A DNA stretch of 64,000 nucleotides from Stegostoma tigrinum (lineage: Eukaryota). This document shows positions 37,036 to 51,349 of this stretch, piece after piece (position 1 is the first letter of the stretch; each line of letters begins with the position of its first letter). The stretch is from the NCBI RefSeq assembly GCF_030684315.1, contig NC_081396.1, positions 1,612,001-1,676,000 of the forward strand. Reading direction: 5' to 3'. The position numbers were made by a program, and so were the translations under genes. The notes under the pieces are model-generated. The model was not told the DNA's origin, did no database searches, and saw only the letters and a program-made list of their open reading frames with translations.

Positions 37036-37514
37036 ATGCGTTTACTGATTCCTTAGTGATAATCATGACCGTGTTGCTTGGTATATCAGAGTGAATATCA
37101 CCATTGTGTGTTTGATTAGATTTATATATGCAGATTTTTAACATGTTGCATGCATTTGTTTCAGGAATGAACGGGCATAATTCCTTTTTCCAGGATCCAC
37201 TTGAATAGATCGCTGAGGAAGGCCATAATATAATATTAAACTGCAATTACACAACAGCAGAATTCGCTGGAGAAACGCTTTTTTTGGTAGATCCAGTCTC
37301 CTGGGAAATTTCCAAGATATTTACTGCACAGATGCAAAGTGCAGCAAGGGGGCAGGTCTATCGATTTTCCTGACCGATTCTCTGCTAATTTGAACAAAAG
37401 CAAGAAAACAGTGCATTTAAATATCACCAACGTTGACGTCTCCGACTCTGCCATCTACTGCTGTGCTCTGAACTCCACATTGATATGCAGAATATTTTGG
37501 CACAAACAAAAGCC
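37036..37514 (+). pseudogene. TCR alpha/delta-type V pseudogene with 23-RSS
   Basis: Frameshifted leader 37036-37080. The exon from 37165 reads QDPLE*IAEEGHNIILNCNYT..LF(+1)W*IQSPGKFPRYLL..DRFSANLNKSKKTVHLNITNVDVSDSAIYCCALN. RSS is CACATTG + 23 nt + ACAAAAGCC (37476-37514). Confidence 0.92.
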
Positions 37515-38641
37515 AGCAAGACACCACCACCCACCTACCTCCCCAGTTCCTCTTAATGGTTCGGATCTCTGAGCTGTATCATAAATTGTTAGCATAATAA
37601 AAATCAGATTTTAACATCACCCTGCCCATTTTTTGTTTGCTTTTTGAAGTAGTGATCCCAATATGTTCTGTGCAAATTACTCTTAATATTACATGCGATT
37701 TTTCTTTTACTCACACTGAGCAGGTCTTGGAACGACAGGTTCTGGTGCTATTACTCAACAAATGTAACAGTTTTCCATTTATTCCTGAAACTAACATTGG
37801 CCGTGATGAAGGGGTCAAACTACTGTTTATGCCCAGTTCATTATTATTCTGTAAACCGGAGACAAAACTTTGTTCTGAGGCTGAACATATACAGAATTGG
37901 TTATAAAAGCTCAGCAGGTATGGCAACATCTGCGAAGTAAACTCAGAGTTAAAGGTTCGGGTCCAATGATTCTTCCTCAGAATTCCACAAGAAGGAATTC
38001 GCAGAAGAAACAACACACAGTTTCTGAAATTATAGTTCATATTGGACACTGTTTAGCCAAATTATTTAGCTCATTGACATACTTCACCACGAATACTCGA
38101 CGCACACCCGCCACTGCCACGACCCCACTCCCAAAACACACCTCTCCACTCCCAACTGTTTGGTGTCACAAATGGAAAGCCTCATGTGTCCCGCACAGAA
38201 AGTTTAACAGGGTTCTCCCTGCTGCCAACTCATTCGGATTACTCACAATGAATGAAAAGCGACCTTCTCAATCTAGCCTCAACAATGAAATTTATTTTAT
38301 TGAGACAGCTTGGTTTAGATCATTTGTCAAGCCAGTCAGAGATCAAGCGTCTTTCTGCATTCACTTGGTAATTAAACTTCTCCTTGATGAGTTAAATGTA
38401 AACTGCTCACATTTGCTCATCTTTCTCCAAACAACAGGGATAACATTTACTGTCTCTCTTTTCTGACAGAAACAGACTTGTGGTGATCGATGTCAGCAGA
38501 ATGTCAGATTAAGGACGGCCTACTGCATGATTTACAGGAAGTGGTATGAATTTGAACTCAATCCAAACTATTTTTTTCTTCTCAGACGTTCTGCGGATTT
38601 TTGAGAAACAGAAATATCATTCGAATCCCAGAGCAGTAGCG

Positions 38642-39720
38642 ATGTGGCTGTGCTTTCTCTGTCTGGCCTGGGTGACTTCTACTATTGGTAAGGTGTCTAT
38701 AGCTTTGAACAGTGTTTAATGGCTGGACGAATATACTTGAGAAAGAAATTATAAATGTTAGACAGGTACGAGAGCTGGATCAGAGAACACTTTCTAGTTG
38801 CGTTCAAATCTAGCCCCTATTTTACAAAAAAGATTGAAGAGATGTAAAACACAACAAGGGACAAAATAGTTTATGGAGTTAGCGCTAGAATTTAGATTTT
38901 GTAGCTGACAAGAAAAATGTAGGCTAGGGTTGTTTTCTCCACTGATGAGACAACTAACGAGTATCCGGACTGATGACTTTATAACAGTGAAAATATATTT
39001 TCTTCCCGTCATGTAGTGAGTTATTCCACTTGAAAGGGGTTTCAGATACGTAAATTTAAAGAAAAAAGCTCAAACGACAAAATAATCCACTGCGAATTTC
39101 AGAGTTTAAATAATCTGGAGAACACGAAGAATGTGTTTTTCATAGCCACATGACAAACTTGTATTCAACAACAAAGATGCATTCAAAAGCAGAAAGAGGA
39201 TGAAAGGGATTGAGTGATTTGCTAATCCAATGATCAGAAGAAATAGGAAGGATGCTTGTGTTTATTATATACACAGGCATGCGCCGAATGGTCTGAAAAA
39301 GCTCTGACTGCTCTCAGTTCTATCTAGTTTTAGGCAAGATCAAGAATTTCTACAATTCGTTCATTTTTCTCAACTATGTAATCTTTATTATCTGCTTTCT
39401 CTAACCTGTGTTCCAGATTTGAGTGACGCCATTTCTGTTGTTCAGCGGGATCTTTCACTAATGCAGACGGAGGGAGACAATATCACGTTAACCTGTACCT
39501 ACACTGACGATGGTTATTACTTGTTCTGGTATCGTCAGTACCCAGGCAGACAACCAGAGTTCACAGTCCGGAGGGGCACGACTGGTAGTGCTGAATTGAA
39601 GGCGGAGTTTGCTCAGACCCGGTTTTCTGATGTAGTCCAGCAGAAAGACAAGTTGTATCAATTGACTATCTCAGACCTGCAATTGTCTGACACAATGGTC
39701 TATTACTGTGCAATGAGCCT
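38642..39720 (+). CDS. TRAV/TRDV: Apparently functional TCR alpha/delta-type V gene segment, family A (leader 38642-38687, V exon 39417-39720)
   Basis: Leader MWLCFLCLAWVTSTI, then a 729-nt gtaagg..ttccag phase-1 intron. The open exon has LTC, LFWYRQYPG and SDTMVYYCAMS. A homologous leader sits in the same position at the paralog starting at 3269. Confidence 0.92.
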
Positions 39721-39759
39721 CACAGTGATAGAAACGTATAAAAGCCTTGTACAATAACT
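39721..39759 (+). other. 23-RSS
   Basis: Consensus heptamer CACAGTG + 23 nt + ACAATAACT. Confidence 0.95.
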
Positions 39760-40831
39760 GCTGCTATTTTTCTAGGTTACAGCTGCTGTTGTTGCAATCT
39801 GATTATAAAAGTAGGTTACAGACTAACAATTCACTTACCGTGAAGGGAAAACCTTGGTGGGCAATCCACTTTATTAACATTTAAAGTTGTTCACAATGAA
39901 TACTGATTCTGAATTTTGTGTTGACAGTGTGAGGACTGAATCGTCTGCTGTCTGTTTCGGAATGTTTGAGAATACCTCACTCTGTTTCAGTGAGGATACA
40001 AACTGTGCGGCTGGCCTGGCACTAAATGTTTCTATGTATCACAGCATTGGAGGGGAAAAAAAAGAACAAATTAATTTTCAATGTGAAATTGCTGAATATA
40101 GTATGAAGAACAGCTTGCAAAATGAGAAACGTAATATTTCCACCAACCAAATTGAACACTTCTTAAGTGTACACATACTAAAGATTAAGGATCCGTAATA
40201 TTACAACGAAAAAGAAGAATGCTTTCAGGATAGGAGGAGAGAATGAAAAACAATGAGATTAACGGCAATAATCTAGAACAACAGAAGCAGAGATTTCATG
40301 GAATAGCTGGTCAGGAAACTAACTAAATATGAAAGCTTAATTGAAGAAAATGGCACTTATCACACAGGATATTAGAAGACCTTTTTGATTTCCCAACTCA
40401 TCAGCTAAGACGACATATATAATTGAATAAAAATCGTATATTATTATTATTATTATTATTTTGTTGTCTATCCCGCGGTGCTATTAAACTTGTTTCAGTT
40501 TAATAATCAGGAATGGCTCGAAAAGTGAAGGGAGATATGGGAAACTAGTGTGTAACAATGTTTTTACTGCATGAAATGCCATAAATTCCTTAATCATATA
40601 TGAGTGATGTTCTGAATGCAGCCTATAAAAAGGCAGCATTCTCCAATGCAGCACTTGTTATTCGTCTCTGTTGTTGAATGGAAGGATATTTTTAAGTTCA
40701 GTGGTTTCCAAGAAAGTTACTGTATCTTAGTCACTCTGCAGTGTGTCCGCCCCTTGCGTCTCTTGCTCCCCATGTCACTCATTTTGACACACGACAGTGG
40801 TGTTGTTGACTGCAAATCCCTCTGTATCTGT

Positions 40832-41342
40832 TACTGTATGCACTAGCTCTCAGTAATACTCTACATTGTCAGAGAGAAAAAGCTCACCAACGGTGAACTT
40901 CTCATATTTTAAAGATGAAGAAAACCGAGCATGAATGCCTTTTGCTCTGACAATACTCACATATTTAGGAATGTCACTGAAGCATGCCAGAGACTTCTCC
41001 AGGTAGTGATGGCGCCATTACAAGGCATATGTCTGATCTTCTGTAAAATTGTTCAAATGAAAACTCATCAATTTCTCCATCAAACTGTATCACTGTAGAG
41101 GGTTCTTGTGAAACCAAGTCTGTTCTATTAACACCTACATACATTTAGAAGGAAAATGATTTAAAAATAACAATTACCGTAAATGTTATACCATTAAATA
41201 TCATATTTTTAAACATAGAATCACAGCCAAAGAGAAGGTTGCAGTAGTCGAATTAGCTAGAAGAGAACATTTTACTACACAGGAGCTTACCAATTTTAGT
41301 TTGGGGAGCCGTGAGGAATGAGACAATGATAAAATCCAACAT
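40832..41342 (-). pseudogene. TCR alpha/delta-type V pseudogene, family B
   Basis: Leader 41342-41291 MLDFIIVSFLTAPQTKI followed by gtaagc. The exon from 41134 reads GVNRTDLVSQEPSTVIQFDGE../YAL*WRHHYLEK..GIHARF/FTVGELFLSDNVEYY*. Heptamer relic TACAGTA at 40838-40832. Confidence 0.85.
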
Positions 41343-41839
41343 GATTGCAGAGTGAATGGTTGGTTTAAACAAAGGGCATGAAGTTGAATAGTTTCAGCTA
41401 GGAGTCAATGATGTGCCATATCCTATTTCCATGCTGATTAATTTACTTCTGACAGAATCAACAAATCGACTTACAGGTTCATTGTTCTACAATTTAAGAT
41501 GTCAAACGGCCGGCCATATGAATGCAGGACGGGAGCTGGAAGAGGCCATTTAGACTGTCGAATCTGCTGTACCAGTGAATGAAATCGTAGTTGATCCACT
41601 TCATTTCTAGCAGAAATCTCAAATCACTTCTTTACTTTAAGGCCCACAAATCAATCGACATCGTCTGAAATATGCTCAACACAATGGCTTTTTTCAAAAA
41701 TTCCTGATGACCGAATTCAGCCTGAAATGTGCATTGACTTGAATTATCGTTTTTTTTTTACAGAATCAGTCTTGGCCACTGGGGGTCATACCAAATTATG
41801 TTGTGCTTTGGTGCTACAATCTGCCATAAATATCACTAT

Positions 41840-42377
41840 TCACTGATCATGATCGACTCGGACAAAAATACTTTCACTGGAATGTACTGAAGCGTACTGC
41901 AGGGCACACAGAGAGATTGCACTGTCGTAGTTGAGGAATTTGCTGATTGCTAGTTCGATGATCTTGCCAGTTTTATTAGAAGTGAATCGATCACTGATGC
42001 CTGTATTCTTGAGCACACTCAAACCAATAAGCTGAGACATGAACTCTGGATGCTGTACTGGACGCTGACTATACCAGTATGCATAATCATTACAGCAGCT
42101 GGTCTTCAAGTTACAGGTAAGTGTGATGTTCTTTTCCTCTTTGACAAATATTTTGCCTAACCACTGTTCCACTGCGTTCTGGTGGCTCCATTCTAATACA
42201 TGAAAGGATGTTAAAAGGGCAGTAGTGTCAGGCTCATTTTGGCCTTTATAATTGGCACCATCTCATTGATAAGCAATAGCATTCATATTGTGACAATCTC
42301 CACCTTTTTTTTCTGAGAAGAACATACTTACTGAGAATAAATACGATGATGAGGAATGTCAAGAAATATTTCCTCAT
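41840..42377 (-). CDS. Open-frame TCR V segment without recognisable RSS (leader 42377-42332, V exon from 42192, V ends about 41895, stop at 41840)
   Basis: Leader MRKYFLTFLIIVFIL, then a 139-nt gtaagt..tag intron. Exon reads NITLTCNLKTSCCNDYAYWYSQRP..DRFT..DSAISLCALQ. The heptamer position reads CGCTTCA and no nonamer follows. Confidence 0.8.
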
Positions 42378-43039
42378 GTTGAATGACGATTCTGCACCCC
42401 TGATGGAGCAGAAAGGCTGATCCCTACCCAACTGAATTGTTGTTCCAGTCAATAGCAAAAATAGCACAACGGTAGCAGTCTCTCTAAAAATACAATTGGG
42501 TCATAGATAATAAGGGATAGGGGAGAGATGGAGAATGAAATGGAAGTTTTGGGTGGAGATACAGTAGAATCTAAATTCGACGTCTCAGCTGCACTCGGAG
42601 TTGATAGAGAGAAAAGAGTGACAATTGTATCTCGAGCCTGTGACCTGCTTTCAAAACATACAAAATATTACTTACCATTTTTCAATGTTTTGTGCTGCTG
42701 GAACAGCGAAACCCATTTAAAATTAACGAGGGTAGAAGCTCAAACAGCAGAAATAACATTTTGAATATCAGCATCATTAATTCATTACTGAATTGGGGAA
42801 TGGTAAACAATGCATTGGGACAATGCAGTCGACAATATAATGACCAACCCATCCACTATTCTCGATTATCTCATAAATGCTATCACTTCTAAAACTTTTT
42901 AACTCGAGGAAGAATAAACGAAATTTGTGCCATTTTAACATACATCTCATAAAATTTCATTGATAGTTTTAACGTTCAAAACAGAAGTAATGAACAAAGA
43001 ATGACCAAAGTAATATAACACTACATAGATTGCACTGGC

Positions 43040-43400
43040 AGATGGTGGTTACATGGTGGTATTACTGCTCTAGAAATTCAGAGGCTCAGGCTAATTATTC
43101 TACACACAGATCAGATAAAGGAATGTAAACTGAGTTATGAAATAATGTGAAAATATCTAGTCACTGTAAGAGCAGAAGTGAAACGGCTAATGATTTGCAT
43201 GTTGTAAGAAAAACAAAATTTCGATTACCATTCCAGAAAGAGTAATACAATGGCTACCTGTTCTTGCTTACATAGTGCTCCAGACATACGCTATGTGCTT
43301 GACTCTTGATTGCTCTTGAACAGGCTTTGCAAGACACTCTGTCCAAGGTCAATTAAGAAAGGGCAATGAATGCTGTCTCTCCCATGGAAACCAACATTTC
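43040..43400 (+). mobile_element. Decayed DeuSINE/SacSINE1-like SINE
   Basis: Similar to 4008-4345 in its tRNA-like head and aagggcaatgaatgctg tail. Confidence 0.55.
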
Positions 43401-46400
43401 ATAAAAGAATAAATAGCAGTCTCATACAGAAGGAACATATATTCTCACAATCATCTATCAAGTAACATGTAACCATTTTCATTTTAAATTTATCTTGAGC
43501 TACAAGCTGTACTTTGCTACATTTTAATTGTCCCTTTGAAGGAAATACTTTATGTGGGACCCTTTTGAAATGAAAGTCTGAGACAAGGTACTCTTTCCAA
43601 TGTCCATATGACAAGGAAAAAGTGAACATTGTTACACAGCAAAGTTAGGGTAAAGACAGACAGAGAGATGGAACTAAACGAACAGAAATTCGAGGAAGGA
43701 CAGAGGTAGAGTAAGAATTATGCAAAGTCATTTCCTGCGGCTCTCATTCATTGTTGTTTAACTGTTAATAGTACCTGGAAGTGCGAGCAATCACATTCCT
43801 GCAAAATGTGCCCCTATTTAGCGATGGGTGATATCTAGTCTTGGGCTAAATTCCATCTCAATGTCAGCCTTTAAACCCAATACATTTCCAGCATCCTGTT
43901 ACGCCAATCTCTTACACAGGTAGGGATACTTCACCAAATAACCTGCTCAAGAGTCACTGCTGTGGTTCACGCCCATTGTTACCTCACCCACTGCATGGTT
44001 TCGGGATCCATGCAACGTCAGTATGCATTATACCACCTTGGGTATTGTCCATCGTCACTTGGACAAGGTGCTGATCCAAATTTCAAGATATGATTTTAAA
44101 CTAATTGTCAAGACGAAGGGAAAACAGTTCAATCTATAGATTGATTTAATATTGGGATTATACGCTCTTTTGGGGGTGAGAATCGAATTACTGTATTTGT
44201 GATAATCAGTCAGATTTCCTCAATTTGCACACATCTGTCTCGGCCAGGTCTGTCCAATGGGAGAGTATAAATGTCACAACGCGATATTGTAGATTGAAAT
44301 TTCAAAACAAAACAAATATGGTTCTTTCTGCGGCAATGGCATACGAATGTAATCAATTGCAGGTCAGCTGCAAACCAGCAGTGGCGACATCAAAGTGATC
44401 CAGAAAAAAAATGGTAGTCAATTCTTTCCTAACACGGATAATGCAATAATTTGAATCAGCATTTAATGTGAACGACTGTTGGTGTTATCAACGGATATTT
44501 CATACAAGCAAGTTGCTCAAAGATGCAACTTGTAGCTGGTTAACAATGATCACTATAACCATAAAGGGCAAAGACAGGTGTGGTGTGCTCTGGACATCTG
44601 AACAAATGGTCAGGAAAATAAAAGAATATAAATTCCCACTTGAAAAGAAAATAAAGGTCAGTATTTTGCTGTTGAATGGGAACGGAGCTTCAGTGTGTCT
44701 GATCCCATTCCTTTGAATTCAGGACTCTTCTCAAATTCTGGGCACGAGACCCACGACTTTCTTAACTAAAGGATAAGTTATTTATTAAGGAGATTTTCAA
44801 GTTTCATGACAATAGAAGATTAGGAATATGAATGAATTATTCAGCATCTGGAGCCTAATCTACAATGGAAGAATTTTTCAATTCTCTAATTGTGGTTTAA
44901 ATTAATTTGCCTGCTTACTGTCATCACTCTTTTTTGTTCCTTTAAAATTCTGAAGAATGGAACCTTCAAAACGATCAATGACCCAACCTCAACTGACGTG
45001 AGGAAAATTAAATTGAAAAGTTGAATGATTCACTGAAAGATGAAATCCATCTGCTCCGATATTACTTTTGATTATTTTAAAGAATAGGCTGTTCCATAGA
45101 GTTCGCTAAGAAAGGAAACAGCAAAAACATACATCTTCTGGAGATAACATGCATCTTATTTGTTTCACAATGATTACCATTTACTCATTTCAGACTTGTT
45201 CTGATGGAAAATATCTCTACAAGATATTCCATTGGATTAGGCCTCGAGCTAACTTCATTGATCATATGTGTTCTTGGATTGGGAGACCGCCATCCAGGAG
45301 TTATTCCACCAGCGTTGAAACTTACATATACACGACCACGTGCACAAATACATACACACATACATAGAGGTTTGGAGAGGGGGATAAATAAAAGTTTCAG
45401 CAATGGTGGGAAATCAATTTATCTCGATAGCTGCTCAGGAAAGAAACCATGGGTGCTGGTTGTGACTATAAGCACGACATGGAGGTCCCAAACCCTGAAT
45501 AAGACTCATTTGTTTAATTCTTATTTTGTGGACAGGACCTGGACAAGGGGATACATGCAGATGAGAGGAAAAGAGGAAGGGAGAACACTGGGAGTGAAGT
45601 AAAGTAATGGAATAGAGAGATTTGAAAGCTAACTCAGGGAGGAGGCACGGTATTTGATCCTGGGTTTTACTGATTTTGGCGAAATAAGAGAAATCAAGAG
45701 CCAAACATCACGAAGGATGAGAGGAGCGAGGTTATCATCCTCTATCAGTGTAATGGTAATGGAAGTTTTGCTGAGGTGCTCAAAAGTAAAAGTGTATCTG
45801 TTGGAATAGATAGGATGTTTCATAACACAAATAGCAAGAACAAATCTACTGACAAAAATGAAAACAAAACTTCATTTTATGCATTGAAAATTACGGTCAT
45901 CTAGAATTCTCGATGGGAAACGACAATAAAAACAGATTCAATTGTAATTTTCTCAATGGTATTGCAAAGCTACTTGGAAATGCATAAAGCATGCACAGCT
46001 AAAGGTTTTGGAAAGAGTGAAAGGACTGGAACTAATCAAAGGAATTGTTCAACAAACTGATACAGACATGACAAGTTAATGGAACTCAATTTGTGAAAAT
46101 GTTTAGACCAAACTTGCTTTTTCATGCCCTCACCTTCTATTTGTTCCTCAACGACTCTATACCTGAAGAAGTAGGGTAAGCACAGCCTTTCCAATTTCCG
46201 GCACGCACAGATATAGCTGCGCAGCGCAGTATAATTCCCTTTCTCAAATCCAGTAGCCTGTTCACTCAGAGCCGAGTCTGCGGCAGTTGCACGCCCAGTT
46301 TCCGTTTACTGATCTGGCTCTGACCCAGCCTACGTGCTCTCTTCACTTGAACAATGGTGCAACCGTCACTATTTGTCATTGCATGCAGCAACATTGAAGG

Positions 46401-47449
46401 GGATCTCAGATAAACATTTTTGTACATCGCAGAATTACAAACCAGCATCAGCATTTGGGAATTTCCTGGACCTCACTTCTTAGTAACGAGTTTCTCTCCC
46501 AAAAAGTTCCATTATCATCCTCAGCTCGGTGTTTGATATCCAGGTGGCATTTTCTGTAAAAGTCTGGAGAAAATGTTCAACATTTTAAATGCTGCTTTTC
46601 CTTTTTACAATTGAGTCAGCAAAGCACAGCCGAACAGCCAGAACCTGAAACAACGTATGCACAGAGAATTAACACTAGAATGTAAATTGAAAACAAATCG
46701 TTTATGACTTAATGTTTACGGGTACCACAAGTACCGAGGACGTATTCCACGATAACAACAACAATAACAGAAGTTGCTGGAAAAGCTCAACAGGTCTGGC
46801 AGCATCTGCGATGGAAAATCAGAGTAAATGTTTCAGGCCCAGTGGCCCTTTCTCAGAACACCTGTATTTTATGATTGCACCCACAGTAAAGGGGATTCTT
46901 GACTGGTCTGAACAATTCTCTTTGAAAGTCAATTAAGCTTCGAAAGTAAACGAGTTATAGCCCAGGAAACCCTCATTTCTGATCGTGTTGTGTATTTCTG
47001 TGGCTTGAACACTGCTCCATTAAGGCAGTGCCCATTTAAATAAAACAAACAACATGAAAGGTACACTTAAAAATAACCAGAGGGTGCATTCAAATCTGAG
47101 AAATAGAAACAATTCACCTCCAGAGGGTAAGACACGGTGGACATACCTATAGAGACTGGAGCACATATTTGCAAGAGAAATTGAACTTCCTTTGTAGTTA
47201 TATTCCATTCCGACCATGGTGTTGAGGATGAGAACATGGTAAGATTGAACAACAAAATCCATCTGCTCTCTATTGTTTCCATACAACAATTCCAACACTT
47301 GCCATCACCACACCTTCTATCCCTGATCTCCAAGTATGATCATGAAATTTCATTGAAAGTGAATCACTCTTAATTTCGCCGGGAGGAAGACGTTACGTAT
47401 TGGTAACGTAAATCGTTTTGCTGTTTGGCACACCAGATCAAAAATACGA

Positions 47450-48985
47450 CAACACAATTGCCATAAAAAAAGCAGCAGACTGAGCAGCGAATACAACCTG
47501 AATACGTGCTGTACTCACTGTAATTTTTTAAAAGTTGCTCGACTCTAGGATGCTTTTGGGAAATTGACAAACAAGTAAATATAAAGACACTGTTCAAAAA
47601 TGTAGCTGGAAAAATGTGGGTTAACGACATGCCAGTTAGCTTAACATCTGTAATGGTGAAATTTCTTGATTTAATCTTTAGAATAAAATTGTGAGGCATG
47701 TGTACAGAAACGGCGCCATGGACAGGACAGTCTGGATTAATCAACGTCAGGTCATATTTAACATGGTATCGGAATACCTTGAGGACATTACGTGACGTGG
47801 AAAATGTGGACCTGGTCGATGTAGTTTATTTGGAATTCTGGAATGCATTTGACAAGGTGCCACACAAAATGATGCTGCAGAAGATAAAGGTGCGCAAAGT
47901 TATGGTAATGTATTAGCATGGATATAGGTTGTTTATCCAACAGAAAGCCACATGTGAATATAAAGGTACATGTCTTTCAGGGTTAGTGATTAGTGTCTCG
48001 TGGAGTGCCTCAGGGGTCAGTTTCCATTTGTAGAGACGATTTGGAGTTCTTAACCAAGTATACTCTTTCTAAGTTCACAACTGACATCAGCATGAGCAGT
48101 AATACAAAGTGTGAAGAGGGCAATGAAAATCTATACAGAGAAATAAACAGAGTAAGTGAGTGGGAACAGGACAGGCAAGCGGTCTACGATGTTGGTAAAT
48201 GTGATGTCATAGATTCTAACAGAGAAAACAGCAAAAATATTATTTAAATTGAGAAAAAATGGAGCATTCTTCTCTACGAAATGATCATGGTATCCCTGTG
48301 TATGAGTAAAAAAAATCCTCGATTTTTCGGTGCAACAGGTGATTAAAAAAGCAAATGGAATATTGTCTTTTATTGCTAGATGGATGTAGTTTTAAAACAG
48401 GGAGGTTACACTCCAGTTATATAGGGTACTGGTGAGGCCACGCCTGTATTACTGTGTACAGGTCAGGTCTCCTTAATGCGGAAAGGATTTCCTGGCCTTG
48501 ACAAAGGTGTAGTGGAGATTTAATAGATTTATTACAAAGTTGATATGGCTTGCTTATGAGGACAGACTGAAAATACTTAGAGTTCAATCATTGTAATTAA
48601 GAAAAACATGAAGTGATCGCATAGAACCGCAAACAATTAAGATGGGAAGAAAAAGTATAGAAACAGGGTTTTTTTAACTTGCCATGGAACTAGAAGCAAG
48701 GATCATATTCTCTGAACAGAGCTTAGTTGAGAAGCAACTTCTTCTCCCAAACTTTGAGTATCTGTGGAATTCAGTACCCAGTGAAGCAATTGAGGCTGCC
48801 TCATTGAACGTTTTCCAGGCAATGACAGGTAAATGTTAGAATAGTAGAGGAAATAAGTGCGATGGAGAGGGGGCTGATTAGTAGAACTGAGCCCATTAAA
48901 GGATCGTCCATGATCTTGTTGAATGATGCAGCAGTTCATGGGGCCAAATGGCCTATTCGTTCTCCAATTTCTTATGTTCTTATTT
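47450..48985 (+). mobile_element. Old CR1 LINE 3' portion
   Basis: VDVVYLEFWNAFDKVPH and GVPQGSV, with a tatgttcttat tail. Confidence 0.8.
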
Positions 48986-49029
48986 TCTTATTACCGTCTT
49001 TCTCTTCTGTCCAGAGACACGTGAGTAGT

Positions 49030-50220
49030 TTTCACAATGCCCGCCCAGGGGAGAAAAGTCAGTCTCACCTCTTTGGAGCCAGTCCCGCTTGATGAGCCAA
49101 TTATATGGTTTCATCAACATTGCATGACAATATCGTGGCTTTAAGACATGTGTTTTGTCATGGTTTATTTTAGACAGAGATTGTGGGTCAGTTCCTGAGC
49201 AGTCTGTGAGAAGTAAATAAATTGTGAGGCTTTGCCTGTTTTCTAAAAGTTGTAACAATAGCAGCAGTCTGAGTGGATGTGTTCAAGCTCTCACAATTAT
49301 GTTATCTTTCAGCAGTTCTCGTTCGATTCACAACAGAGTTGGAAACTGCATCAGTTATGTTCTGGTTGCTATCTTCTCTGAGTTTTCATTTGACTTTTCC
49401 TTCTCTGTGTGTGTGTGTTCCCAGGTAACATGTCAAACAACCTGATTTCTGAATTTGTCTTTGCCAAGGTGTATGTTTATGTGATGTTCATACATTAGAA
49501 TAGTTATTTTGTAGTAGTTACTGGATCTATTTTTTTTTCAACAGAACTTAGTTATTCTAAGCTCCTCTTTCCTTCATTATCTTTTAACAATGGTGTTTGA
49601 ATAAATAGTGCTTTGTTAATGGCCATTAGTTTTACGAGCCAAATTGCATCTGAAACATTGGACGCTACAGTTCTCTTTAAGATACTGAAAAAGTTGTTCT
49701 GGGCTCCGTTCTAAAAAAAAATATGAGCGTGCCTGGTGCGGTCCATAACATACAGGGGCTTGTCTGAGATAAAATCTCAAATTCCATGCTTGCTTTAGAA
49801 TTATTTGACTGAAAGTCAGCGAGTGGTAATTGTTAACTTCTTTGTTTCAGCTGTTGCAGTGGTGGCTTCAAACAGTGCGTGTCTTGGATATTAATGGCAC
49901 TTTCATTCATTAATCTGTTTGGCGTTGTAAGAAGTCATTTGGGGAATTTTACGGGAATTGAGCAAAGCAAATATTTGCAAATGGACACATCATCGGGAGC
50001 TGGGTTTGGTAGTGTTAGTGAGCAAAGACGAGATAGGTCTAGTTGTGCAACATTCACAGCTGCAAGGAATTCCACCAAAACCTTTGTAACTAACTAAATT
50101 ACAGTTGAATGTCAAGCAATTTGAACATGACAAAGAATGAAGCAGTTTTAATTCTGAAGAACAAACGAATTAATATAAAAGGAGGGGATGACTCTATCAG
50201 AAGAAAGAGATGAAGCGAGG
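49030..50220 (+). mobile_element. Possible LTR-retrotransposon remnant (LTR plus start of gag)
   Basis: LTR-like segment with AATAAA ending ..cataaca (about 49750), then a short MALSF.. coding relic. Recognised by eye only. Confidence 0.35.
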
Positions 50221-51349
50221 GAAGAAAGAGAGATAACAAAGCCTGGAGCTGGATGAACACTGCATGTAGACAGCATCAGAGGAGCGGGAAAGTTGACGTT
50301 TCGGTTCGGGGCCCTTCTTTGGTTCTGTTAATTTGGCTGCTTTGGATTCATGTTCGAGATTGATCTCAGCACAGTATCAATTCAACAACTCCACGTCTGG
50401 TGAGGGTGAAATGCTGAATTTGCAGTCAGCAGATTACCTTTAGATACGTTTTGCGTTATGCAAAGATCCACCATAAAAATGAAAAGTAAGAGTTATGGAG
50501 TTTATTGACAGAACTGAAACTGAGGCAATTGCTTTAAATAAATTGCCCTTCTGGAGGCTCTCATTTGTCATAAATAAGGGACAACTGGAACGTGTTCAGA
50601 GCTGAAGACTCAGTGTCGGAATCCCTTCAATCACTGGAAAGAAAGATGCTTGGGTGAACAAACAGACTGTTCTGAGTAATTTTCTACCCATTCCTTACTC
50701 TGATTGGTGGCCTGGTAAGAAATGCATTTCAAATTAGTGATGTTTTTGGTCTTAATAAACATTTGCTCTTTGCGTTCAGTATCTGGCTGGACACCACTCA
50801 TGCTCAATGGTCTCTTGGTATAACGGACTTGAAACATGTCCCCATATCAATGCGCATGATTTCACATCCTGTTACTTTAAATGATTCAATTGCTTGGAAT
50901 TGCAATATTGAGCATGGAATGTTAGATTCAATATATGTTATTCATAATTTCGGGAAGCCAATATTTATTAGATTCCTGAAGCACATAGCAAATAATTCGT
51001 TATATTTGTAAAGACTGTTTTTCTTATTATTTCGTCAGATTCCTTTGAGATTTAATTCAGTGGATTTAATAGGTTGTGAAATAACAACACTAAATTTCAT
51101 GAATATTTATCAATATTAACACGACCTTAAGCATCAACGAATAAACATTGCAAGAAGCAAAAAGGATTTCATATCATTTTGCATTTTGACTTGTCCTGAT
51201 ACATGTTGTACATTTGACTTTTATTTTGACCAAGTCCATTTTTGTGTTCATAGTGTCTGTGTCTTTCACTGGACTAAGGTTACTTTGATTGTTCATTTTT
51301 ATTTTCCACTGGAAAATGTAGTTTTACAATTGTTTCACTCGTCTCTATG

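Noticed and set aside
39279-39333. Proximal leader candidate for the V at 39.4 kb
   Set aside because: It has an in-frame stop and a GC donor. The exon at 38642-38687 is a proper leader conserved in the paralog.
45620-45800. Possible 5' V fragment on the minus strand (ITLIEDDNL)
   Set aside because: No Cys or Trp landmarks and no 3' half.
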